From Auanema rhodensis (taxonomy: Eukaryota > Animalia > Nematoda), in the NCBI GenBank assembly GCA_964057225.1, contig OZ059898.1, positions 15,996,001 to 16,060,000 of the forward strand: a stretch of DNA of 64,000 nt, written 5' to 3'. Numbering within the stretch: the first letter of the stretch is position 1; the number at the start of each line of letters is the position of its first letter. Under the pieces are notes generated by a model, which worked only from the letters and a program-made list of their open reading frames with translations, made no database searches and was not told the DNA's origin. The position numbers and the translations under genes are program-made. Of the stretch, positions 1-11,000 are shown one piece after another.

Positions 1-83
1 TAAAAGTGTTTCATAACTGCAAATCTGAGATGCTTCATGAACATAAAAGTTGGAACAGAGTAAAATGAAGTTGCATCGACTTG

Positions 84-93
84 TTTTTAAAAA
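84..93 (-). terminator. Pol III oligo-T terminator (T5) 3 nt after the tRNA 3' end, part of a palindromic TTTTTAAAAA; present in nearly every unit
   Basis: Plus-strand aaaaa at 89-93 is TTTTT on the tRNA strand; the plus strand has its own T5 at 84-88. Confidence 0.85.
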
Positions 94-96
94 TTT

Positions 97-168
97 TGAC
101 CACTGAGCGGATCGAACGCCCAACCTTTCGATCTGGAGTCGAACGCGCTACCATTGCGCCAAGCAGTC
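97..168 (-). tRNA. tRNA-Trp(CCA), representative of about 143 copies (each lies at +16..+87 from the start of a spurious MFLKILTT ORF)
   Basis: Minus strand reads GACTGCT TG GCGC AATGGTA GCGC G TTCGA CTCCAGA TCGAA AGGTT GGGCG TTCGATC CGCTC AGTGGTC A: full cloverleaf, A box TGGCGCAATGG, B box GTTCGATCC, anticodon CCA (plus-strand tgg at 134-136), no intron. Matches the C. elegans-type tRNA-Trp as I recall it. Confidence 0.98.
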
Positions 169-188
169 ATATTAGGGTTGCTTCCAAA

Positions 189-248
189 GTGTTTCATAAC
201 TGCAAATCTGAGATGCTTCATGAACATAAAAGTTGGAACAGAGTAAAA
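189..248. repeat. 60-bp spacer subrepeat (representative monomer), 1-10 copies per tRNA unit
   Basis: gtgtttcataactgcaaatctgagatgcttcatgaacataaaagttggaacagagtaaaa; unit lengths of 183, 243, 303, 363, 423, 483 and 723 bp are seen. Confidence 0.97.
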
Positions 249-1799
249 GTGTTTCATAACTGCAAATCTGAGATGCTTCATGAACATAAAAGTTGGAACA
301 GAGTAAAAGTGTTTCATAACTGCAAATCTGAGATGCTTCATGAACATAAAAGTTGGAACAGAGTAAAAGTGTTTCATAACTGCAAATCTGAGATGCTTCA
401 TGAACATACAAGTTGGAACAGAGTAAAAGTGTTTCATAACTGCAAATCTGAGATGCTTCATGAACATAAAAGTTGGAACAGAGTAGAATGAAGTTGCATC
501 GACTTGTTTTTAAAAATTTTGACCACTGAGCGGATCGAACGCCCAACCTTTCGATCTGGAGTCGAACGCGCTACCATTGCGCCAAGCAGTCATATTAGGG
601 TTGCTTCCAAAGTGTTTCATAACTGCAAATCTGAGATGCTTCATGAACTTACAAGTTGGAACAGAGTAAAAGTGTTTCATAACTGCAAATCTGAGATGCT
701 TCATGAACATAAAAGTTGGAACAGAGTAAAAGTGTTTCATAACTGCAAATCTGAGATGCTTCATGAACATAAAAGTTGGAACAGAGTAAAATGAAGTTGC
801 ATCGACTTGTTTTTAAAAATTTTGACCACTGAGCGGATCGAACGCCCAACCTTTCGATCTGGAGTCGAACGCGCTACCATTGCGCCAAGCAGTCATATTA
901 GGGTTGCTTCCAAAGTGTTTCATAACTGCAAATCTGAGATGCTTCATGAACATACAAGTTGGAACAGAGTAAAAGTGTTTCATAACTGCAAATCTGAGAT
1001 GCTTCATGAACATAAAAGTTGGAACAGAGTAAAATGAAGTTGCATCGACTTGTTTTTAAAAATTTTGACCACTGAGCGGATCGAACGCCCAACCTTTCGA
1101 TCTGGAGTCGAACGCGCTACCATTGCGCCAAGCAGTCATATTAGGGTTGCTTCCAAAGTGTTTCATAACTGCAAATCTGAGATGCTTCATGAACATAAAA
1201 GTTGGAACAGAGTAAAAGTGTTTCATAACTGCAAATCTGAGATGCTTCATGAACATAAAAGTTGGAACAGAGTAAAAGTGTTTCATAACTGCAAATCTGA
1301 GATGCTTCATGAACATAAAAGTTGGAACAGAGTAAAAGTGTTTCATAACTGCAAATCTGAGATGCTTCATGAACATACAAGTTGGAACAGAGTAAAAGTG
1401 TTTCATAACTGCAAATCTGAGATGCTTCATGAACATAAAAGTTGGAACAGAGTAGAATGAAGTTGCATCGACTTGTTTTTAAAAATTTTGACCACTGAGC
1501 GGATCGAACGCCCAACCTTTCGATCTGGAGTCGAACGCGCTACCATTGCGCCAAGCAGTCATATTAGGGTTGCTTCCAAAGTGTTTCATAACTGCAAATC
1601 TGAGATGCTTCATGAACTTACAAGTTGGAACAGAGTAAAAGTGTTTCATAACTGCAAATCTGAGATGCTTCATGAACATAAAAGTTGGAACAGAGTAAAA
1701 GTGTTTCATAACTGCAAATCTGAGATGCTTCATGAAAATAAAAGTTGGAACAGAGTAAAAGTGTTTCATAACTACAAATCTGAGATGCTTCATGAACAT

Positions 1800-2136
1800 C
1801 GTTCCATTCGGAAATCAATACGTAGCAGGCGGGTTAGAATCAGACGACATGAGGCTGAGAGAGGACGACACGCCCTTCATATGGAACACAGACTTCAGCT
1901 TTGCCTTATGGAATGACTATGGATGGTTGGTCTTCCTTTCTTAGCTCTCTTTCACTTTATATCTTTATGTAGACTTATATAACTTATTGTAATCATGTAG
2001 ACATAATAAACCTTTCTTTCTCGAGTCTTATGTTTATCCATTATGCTCTTTATCTACCGCTACATCTGGAATACTATCACACTCATCTTGTAGGCTTTAT
2101 TGGTCTATAGGATCGACGTGAGAGCATAACGGAACG
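1800..2136 (+). repeat. 5' LTR of element 1
   Basis: Direct repeat of 4754-5090; contains aataaa near 2005. Confidence 0.95.
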
Positions 2137-2149
2137 TGGAGGTTCCACC
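2137..2149 (+). promoter_or_regulatory. Primer-binding site complementary to the tRNA-Gln 3' end
   Basis: TGGAGGTTCCACC directly after the LTR is the reverse complement of GGTGGAACCT-CCA, the animal tRNA-Gln acceptor end. Confidence 0.85.
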
Positions 2150-3479
2150 TCGAACATTTTATCTTGATTTCTTGACTATTTTCTCTTATATTTCGTTATT
2201 TTCCATATTTCATTGAATCTGAATTCTCTTATATCTCTAAACCATCTACTCCATGTCTTAACACAATACGGTGGGGCCAACAACGTTTAAAAGGGAACAG
2301 ATGCAAGGACCACTCCTTTTGGAGATGGATTTTATATTTTTTGAAACTGAAGTTATATTTTCCCGTTTGTTCACAATTTTCTGTCTGTCTGAACCCAACA
2401 ATTTTTATATCCTTGCTGTTAACATCGAATACTCTGTTACCCGAACTCGAAGCATTTTTGAGGACCCTAGGATGAATTAGTGAACAAATTCACCCAAGGA
2501 TAATTTTTATTGAGATTTATGCCCACACTTTCTCCTTTTAAGGATTGATTTTGGCTTCGAGGAAAGAATAGCCACGGTTATTTCTTTATTTTTTGTGGAT
2601 GAAACAATTTTGCGCACCAAATTGAGATTATTTCATATTTTGCGATCAGGACTATTTTATTTTGAGTTACATTTCTGTTCAGACAACTTTTTGCCATTAA
2701 CATCCAAAAATATTTTGATAACGCATTGAATTTACACGGGAAACCTCACCTAAATGGGAGGAATATTATGAAAAGTGAATTTTAAGATCGCTATAGTCCG
2801 AAAAATCCTGTACAATTTTACGAACTGAATTATTATTAGTGATTGTCTATCAGGTCGTGTTGGCTTAAGCATATCAGTTTGGATTTTCTCCCCTTACTAT
2901 ATGTCACCTTCCTCATACCGTTATTGTTGTTTTGAAGCATAAGACTCATTCCTAAACACCATAATTCTTTAAATATAGTTATTGTAATCTTTAGTCATCT
3001 ATTCCTAGCCATAATTTTAAAACTAGATTTCTGATCATGATGGGACTACGGTACTCATTCGTTTTCCAAATTGCTTCCTTAAAAAGTAATGCTATTACGA
3101 ATGTACATTACAAAAACCGCTAAAATCCTTTGAACATTTACCAAAGTCCATTTTCGTGGCATTTTCGATCACTCGTGAGTCCAAGAAGATCAGAATCGTC
3201 AGAAAAAGAAAAAAAAATGGGAATAAGGACTAATGAGATTGCTCAGGCATCAATCAAGTGAGCACTGAACATTTTCGAACATATACAAACTGGTTGAATT
3301 ATATACATTTAAGAATATTAAATTGGAAAGCGAACAAAGTCCAAATTTTCATACGGTAGTAGGCGGATCTCTGTTAAAGGCCACAACTTAGATTCATTCC
3401 TTAACGCCGACTATACAAACCAGTTACTCACAGCTTTCTCACCTCTTTTCCAAAATTCCTTATCCATAACACTCATTAA

Positions 3480-4057
3480 CGTCTCAAAATCCCCCACGTT
3501 ACTAAACACTCAAGGTTTTTCCAAACCAAGAGCACTACCAAAGTGGATAAGCGATTCCGATCAGCTGTACCTCTCAGTACACGAACTGATTTTGATCTGC
3601 GAGACTCAGCTCCACTCACCAGAAGCCGAGCTCGCGCACAGAGCACCGCTATAATCAACGACGAGCAGAAAGCCGAGCACAAAACCGAAAAATTCTTTAC
3701 TCCTCGTGCAGGCACTTATTCACCTACTGAACGATTAAGCGACGAGGATTACGTACCACCAGGAGGAGAAGAAACATCCATCATAGTGGAAGAACAAACA
3801 CCAGTTACTGCTAAGAAGTCAACAACGTTGAAGGAAACATGGTACAACTCAAGAATCCATTTGGAAAAATTCAAGACGTACACAAAGACAATCTCAAACT
3901 TTTGCGATCAAATACAACGACTTATGAAACGGACGACGACAGCGATATTGAGATCATAAAAGTCATAAATGGTAACGATAACTATGACTCTACTGAAGAA
4001 ACAGAACCAGAAGACCCATCGGACCAAAATTGGCTACCACCAAGAAGAAGACGATGA
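3480..4057 (+). pseudogene. Accessory ORF or ORF remnant of element 1, unknown function (two overlapping frames, 3543-3959 and 3839-4057)
   Basis: Peptides IPHVTKHSRFFQTKSTTKVDKRF and KFFTPRAGTYSP are conserved with element 2. No in-frame ATG; acidic tail ending PPRRRR lies in the second frame. Confidence 0.55.
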
Positions 4058-4753
4058 AAGAAATAATTTCGAGATTGATAAAATTATTGTAAAACTTTGT
4101 ATCAACTCTCTTTTAAAAAACCAGAGCTATTAATATTATTATATCATTGAAAAACTTGAGTTAGACGAGATGTAAGCTAATAATCAAAAAGCATTTCAGT
4201 TTCAAAGCATATATGATTATAAAACTTCATCAATTTCAAATAATTTCCCGTAAATAAAGAAGAAATGAAAGATAAGAGACATTATATTGCATATTCATCT
4301 GAGCAACAGTCCTTATCAAGTAGTTGATGATTCAATTCCGGAAATTATATGGGATTTAATTTAATTTTTTTTTATTATTACAATTCGCTTTGAATACGCT
4401 GAAGAAACATGCTAGCTCCATCGATAATATAGCATGACTCTCGTTTCTCTATACTCAAACAAGTTAGACATGCAGCGTCGTGCCTAAAAAGCTATTTTGC
4501 GCACTCTCGCTGACAAAATATAGCCTTGGTATTCTAAAAGATTGTTTTATTACTTAATATTCATGTATTTTCAAATAATTTTTATTGAATTCTTTTCAGA
4601 TACTATTGTTTAACATTATATTGTAATTTATCTTTACTATTTTTATGTTAACATTGTAATTTTTATTTTTAAAACTAAACCTTCTGCTACGATTGAAACA
4701 AGCCACATATTTTGCTATTCGCGGGGACGCGACATAAACTCGAAAAAATGGCA

Positions 4754-5090
4754 CGTTCCATTCGGAAATCAATACGTAGCAGGCGGGTTAGAATCAGACG
4801 ACATGAGGCTGAGAGAGGACGACACGCCCTTCATATGGAACACAGACTTCAGCTTTGCCTTATGGAATGACTATGGATGGTTGGTCTTCCTTTCTTAGCT
4901 CTCTTTCACTTTATATCTTTATGTAGACTTATATAACTTATTGTAATCATGTAGACATAATAAACCTTTCTTTCTCGAGTCTTATGTTTATCCATTATGC
5001 TCTTTATCTACCGCTACATCTGGAATACTATCACACTCATCTTGTAGGCTTTATTGGTCTATAGGATCGACGTGAGAGCATAACGGAACG
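4754..5090 (+). repeat. 3' LTR of element 1
   Basis: Direct repeat of 1800-2136, preceded by the hairpin TCGCG-GGGA-CGCGA (4719-4732) and a short purine-rich tract. Confidence 0.95.
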
Positions 5091-8000
5091 ACATAAAAGT
5101 TGGAACAGAGTAAAATGAAGTTGCATCGACTTGTTTTTAAAAATTTTGACCACTGAGCGGATCGAACGCCCAACCTTTCGATCTGGAGTCGAACGCGCTA
5201 CCATTGCGCCAAGCAGTCATATTAGGGTTGCTTCCAAAGTGTTTCATAACTGCAAATCTGAGATGCTTCATGAACATACAAGTTGGAACAGAGTAAAAGT
5301 GTTTCATAACTGCAAATCTGAGATGCTTCATGAACATAAAAGTTGGAACAGAGTAAAATGAAGTTGCATCGACTTGTTTTTAAAAATTTTGACCACTGAG
5401 CGGATCGAACGCCCAACCTTTCGATCTGGAGTCGAACGCGCTACCATTGCGCCAAGCAGTCATATTAGGGTTGCTTCCAAAGTGTTTCATAACTGCAAAT
5501 CTGAGATGCTTCATGAACATAAAAGTTGGAACAGAGTAAAAGTGTTTCATAACTGCAAATCTGAGATGCTTCATGAACATAAAAGTTGGAACAGAGTAAA
5601 AGTGTTTCATAACTGCAAATCTGAGATGCTTCATGAACATAAAAGTTGGAACAGAGTAAAAGTGTTTCATAACTGCTAATCTGAGATGCTTCATGAACAT
5701 ACAAGTTGGAACAGAGTAAAAGTGTTTCATAACTGCAAATCTGAGATGCTTCATGAACATAAAAGTTGGAACAGAGTAAAATGAAGTTGCATCGACTTGT
5801 TTTTAAAAATTTTGACCACTGAGCGGATCGAACGCCCAACCTTTCGATCTGGAGTCGAACGCGCTACCATTGCGCCAAGCAGTCATATTAGGGTTGCTTC
5901 CAAAGTGTTTCATAACTGCAAATCTGAGATGCTTCATGAACTTACAAGTTGGAACAGAGTAAAAGTGTTTCATAACTGCAAATCTGAGATGCTTCATGAA
6001 CATAAAAGTTGGAACAGAGTAAAAGTGTTTCATAACTGCAAATCTGAGATGCTTCATGAAAATAAAAGTTGGAACAGAGTAAAAGTGTTTCATAACTACA
6101 AATCTGAGATGCTTCATGAACATAAAAGTTGGAACAGAGTAAAATGAAGTTGCATCGACTTGTTTTTAAAAATTTTGAACACTGAGCGGATCGAACGCCC
6201 AACCTTTCGATCTGGAGTCGAACGCGCTACCATTGCGCCAAGCAGTCATATTAGGGTTGCTTCCAAAGTGTTTCATAACTGCAAATCTGAGATGCTTCAT
6301 GAACATACAAGTTGGAACAGAGTAAAAGTGTTTCATAACTGCAAATCTGAGATGCTTCATGAACATAAAAGTTGGAACAGAGTAAAATGAAGTTGCATCG
6401 ACTTGTTTTTAAAAATTTTGACCACTGAGCGGATCGAACGCCCAACCTTTCGATCTGGAGTCGAACGCGCTACCATTGCGCCAAGCAGTCATATTAGGGT
6501 TGCTTCCAAAGTGTTTCATAACTGCAAATCTGAGATGCTTCATGAACTTACAAGTTGGAACAGAGTAAAAGTGTTTCATAACTGCAAATCTGAGATGCTT
6601 CATGAACATAAAAGTTGGAACAGAGTAAAAGTGTTTCATAACTGCAAATCTGAGATGCTTCATGAAAATAAAAGTTGGAACAGAGTAAAAGTGTTTCATA
6701 ACTACAAATCTGAGATGCTTCATGAACATAAAAGTTGGAACAGAGTAATAGTGTTTCATAACTGCAAATCTGAGATGCTTCATGAACATAAAAGTTGGAA
6801 CAGAGTAAAATGAAGTTGCATCGACTTGTTTTTAAAAATTTTGACCACTGAGCGGATCGAACGCCCAACCTTTCGATCTGAAGTCGAACGCGCTACCATT
6901 GCGCCAAGCAGTCATATTAGGGTTGCTTCCAAAGTGTTTCATAACTGCAAATCTGAGATGCTTCATGAACATACAAGTTGGAACAGAGTAAAAGTGTTTC
7001 ATAACTGCAAATCTGAGATGCTTCATGAACATAAAAGTTGGAACAGAGTAAAATGAAGTTGCATCGACTTGTTTTTAAAAATTTTGACCACTGAGCGGAT
7101 CGAACGCCCAACCTTTCGATCTGGAGTCGAACGCGCTACCATTGCGCCAAGCAGTCATATTAGGGTTGCTTCCAAAGTGTTTCATAACTGCAAATCTGAG
7201 ATGCTTCATGAACATAAAAGTTGGAACAGAGTAAAAGTGTTTCATAACTGCAAATCTGAGATGCTTCATGAAAATAAAAGTTGGAACAGAGTAAAAGTGT
7301 TTCATAACTACAAATCTGAGATGCTTCATGAACATAAAAGTTGGAACAGAGTAAAAGTGTTTCATAACTGCAAATCTGAGATGCTTCATGAACATAAAAG
7401 TTGGAACAGAGTAAAATGAAGTTGCATCGACTTGTTTTTAAAAATTTTGACCACTGAGCGGATCGAACGCCCAACCTTTCGATCTGGAGTCGAACGCGCT
7501 ACCATTGCGCCAAGCAGTCATATTAGGGTTGCTTCCAAAGTGTTTCATAACTGCAAATCTGAGATGCTTCATGAACATACAAGTTGGAACAGAGTAAAAG
7601 TGTTTCATAACTGCAAATCTGAGATGCTTCATGAACATAAAAGTTGGAACAGAGTAAAATGAAGTTGCATCGACTTGTTTTTAAAAATTTTGACCACTGA
7701 GCGGATCGAACGCCCAACCTTTCGATCTGGAGTCGAACGCGCTACCATTGCGCCAAGCAGTCATATTAGGGTTGCTTCCAAAGTGTTTCATAACTGCAAA
7801 TCTGAGATGCTTCATGAACATAAAAGTTGGAACAGAGTAAAATGAAGTTGCATCGACTTGTTTTTAAAAATTTTGACCACTGAGCGGATCGAACGCCCAA
7901 CCTTTCGATCTGGAGTCGAACGCGCTACCATTGCGCCAAGCAGTCATATTAGGGTTGCTTCCAAAGTGTTTCATAACTGCAAATCTGAGATGCTTCATGA

Positions 8001-11000
8001 ACATAAAAGTTGGAACAGAGTAAAACTGTTTCATAACTGCAAATCTGAGATGCTTCATGAACATAAAAGTTGGAACAGAGTAAAAGTGTTTCATAACTGC
8101 AAATCTGAGATGCTTCATGAACATAAAAGTTGGAACAGAGTAAAAGTGTTTCATAACTGCAAATCTGAGATGCTTCATGAACATAAAAGTTGGAACAGAG
8201 TAAAAGTGTTTCATAACTGCAAATCTGAGATGCTTCATGAACATACAAGTTGGAACAGAGTAAAAGTGTTTCATAACTGCAAATCTGAGATGCTTCATGA
8301 ACATAAAAGTTGGAACAGAGTAAAATGAAGTTGCATCGACTTGTTTTTAAAAATTTTGACCACTGAGCGGATCGAACGCCCAACCTTTCGATCTGGAGTC
8401 GAACGCGCTACCATTGCGCCAAGCAGTCATATTAGGGTTGCTTCCAAAGTGTTTCATAACTGCAAATCTGAGATGCTTCATGAACTTACAAGTTGGAACA
8501 GAGTAAAAGTGTTTCATAACTGCAAATCTGAGATGCTTCATGAACATAAAAGTTGGAACAGAGTAAAAGTGTTTCATAACTGCAAATCTGAGATGCTTCA
8601 TGAAAATAAAAGTTGGAACAGAGTAAAAGTGTTTCATAACTACAAATCTGAGATGCTTCATGAACATAAGAGTTGGAACAGAGTAAAATGAAGTTGCATC
8701 GACTTGTTTTTAAAAATTTTGACCACTGAGCGGATCGAACGCCCAACCTTTCGATCTGGAGTCGAACGCGCTACCATTACGCCAAGCAGTCATATTAGGG
8801 TTGCTTCCAAAGTGTTTCATAACTGCAAATCTGAGATGCTTCATGAACATACAAGTTGGAACAGAGTAAAAGTGTTTCATAACTGCAAATCTGAGATGCT
8901 TCATGAACATAAAAGTTGGAACAGAGTAAAATGAAGTTGCATCGACTTGTTTTTAAAAATTTTGACCACTGAGCGGATCGAACGCCCAACCTTTCGATCT
9001 GGAGTCGAACGCGCTACCATTGCGCCAAGCAGTCATATTAGGGTTGCTTCCAAAGTGTTTCATAACTGCAAATCTGAGATGCTTCATGAACTTACAAGTT
9101 GGAATAGAGTAAAAGTGTTTCATAACTGCAAATCTGAGATGCTTCATGAACATAAAAGTTGGAACAGAGTAAAAGTGTTTCATAACTGCAAATCTGAGAT
9201 GCTTCATGAAAATAAAAGTTGGAACAGAGTAAAAGTGTTTCATAACTACAAATCTGAGATGCTTCATGAACATAAAAGTTGAAACAGAGTAAAAAGAAGT
9301 TGCATCGACTTGTTTTTAAAAATTTTGACCACTGAGCGGATCGAACGCCCAACCTTTCGATCTGGAGTCGAACGCGCTACCATTGCGCCAAGCAGTCATA
9401 TTAGGGTTGCTTCCAAAGTGTTTCATAACTGCAAATCTGAGATGCTTCATGAACATACAAGTTGGAACAGAGTAAAAGTGTTTCATAACTACAAATCTGA
9501 GATGCTTCATGAACATAAAAGTTGAAACAGAGTAAAATGAAGTTGCATCGACTTGTTTTTAAAAATTTTGACCACTGAGCGGATCGAACGCCCAACCTTT
9601 CGATCTGGAGTCGAACGCGCTACCATTGCGCCAAGCAGTCATATTAGGGTTGCTTCCAAAGTGTTTCATAACTGCAAATCTGAGATGCTTCATGAACATA
9701 CAAGTTGGAACAGAGTAAAAGTGTTTCATAACTACAAATCTGAGATGCTTCATGAACATAAAAGTTGAAACAGAGTAAAATGAAGTTGCATCGACTTGTT
9801 TTTAAAAATTTTGACCACTGAGCGGATCGAACGCCCAACCTTTCGATCTGGAGTCGAACGCGCTACCATTGCGCCAAGCAGTCATATTAGGGTTGCTTCC
9901 AAAGTGTTTCATAACTGCAAATCTGAGATGCTTCATGAACATAAAAGTTGGAACAGAGTAAAATGAAGTTGCATCGACTTGTTTTTAAAAATTTTGACCA
10001 CTGAGCGGATCGAACGCCCAACCTTTCGATCTGGAGTCGAACGCGCTACCATTGCGCCAAGCAGTCATATTAGGGTTGCTTCCAAAGTGTTTCATAACTG
10101 CAAATCTGAGATGCTTCATGAACATACAAGTTGGAACAGAGTAAAAGTGTTTCATAACTGCAAATCTGAGATGCTTCATGAACATAAAAGTTGGAACAGA
10201 GTAAAATGAAGTTGCATCGACTTGTTTTTAAAAATTTTGACCACTGAGCGGATCGAACGCCCAACCTTTCGATCTGGAGTCGAACGCGCTACCATTGCGC
10301 CAAGCAGTCATATTAGGGTTGCTTCCAAAGTGTTTCATAACTGCAAATCTGAGATGCTTCATGAACATAAAAGTTGGAACAGAGTAAAACTGTTTCATAA
10401 CTGCAAATCTGAGATGCTTCATGAACATAAAAGTTGGAACAGAGTAAAAGTGTTTCATAACTGCAAATCTGAGATGCTTCATGAACATACAAGTTGGAAC
10501 AGAGTAAAAGTGTTTCATAACTACAAATCTGAGATGCTTCATGAACATAAAAGTTGAAACAGAGTAAAATGAAGTTGCATCGACTTGTTTTTAAAAATTT
10601 TGACCACTGAGCGGATCGAACGCCCAACCTTTCGATCTGGAGTCGAACGCGCTACCATTGCGCCAAGCAGTCATATTAGGGTTGCTTCCAAAGTGTTTCA
10701 TAACTGCAAATCTGAGATGCTTCATGAACATACAAGTTGGAACAGAGTAAAAGTGTTTCATAACTACAAATCTGAGATGCTTCATGAACATAAAAGTTGA
10801 AACAGAGTAAAATGAAGTTGCATCGACTTGTTTTTAAAAATTTTGACCACTGAGCGGATCGAACGCCCAACCTTTCGATCTGGAGTCGAACGCGCTACCA
10901 TTGCGCCAAGCAGTCATATTAGGGTTGCTTCCAAAGTGTTTCATAACTGCAAATCTGAGATGCTTCATGAACATAAAAGTTGGAACAGAGTAAAATGAAG

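Larger units (their letters stand above)
1..1799 (-). repeat. tRNA-Trp(CCA) tandem array, segment A (5 tRNA copies; continues left of the window)
   Basis: Units of 123+60n bp; tRNA copies at 97-168, 520-591, 823-894, 1066-1137 and 1489-1560. Confidence 0.97.
1800..5090 (+). mobile_element. Non-autonomous LTR retroelement 1 (Ty3/gypsy-like, TRIM/LARD-type), 3291 bp
   Basis: Two 337-bp LTRs with no difference seen by eye; termini CGTTCC...GGAACG; 4-bp TSD ACAT (1796-1799, 5091-5094); tRNA-Gln PBS; no gag/pol motifs in the ORF track. Confidence 0.92.

Noticed and set aside
172-177. TTAGGG in the 5' flank of most units as telomeric sequence
   Set aside because: One hexamer per unit, never tandem, and the usual nematode telomere repeat is TTAGGC.
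97-248. tRNA-derived SINE
   Set aside because: Complete cloverleaf followed directly by a T5 terminator; no 3' body, A-tail or per-copy TSD; tandem rather than dispersed.
6842-6913. tRNA-Sec or evidence for a UGA=Trp genetic code
   Set aside because: The 72-nt Trp body has no long variable arm, only 4 of about 143 copies have UCA, and the polyprotein ORF uses TGA as its stop.
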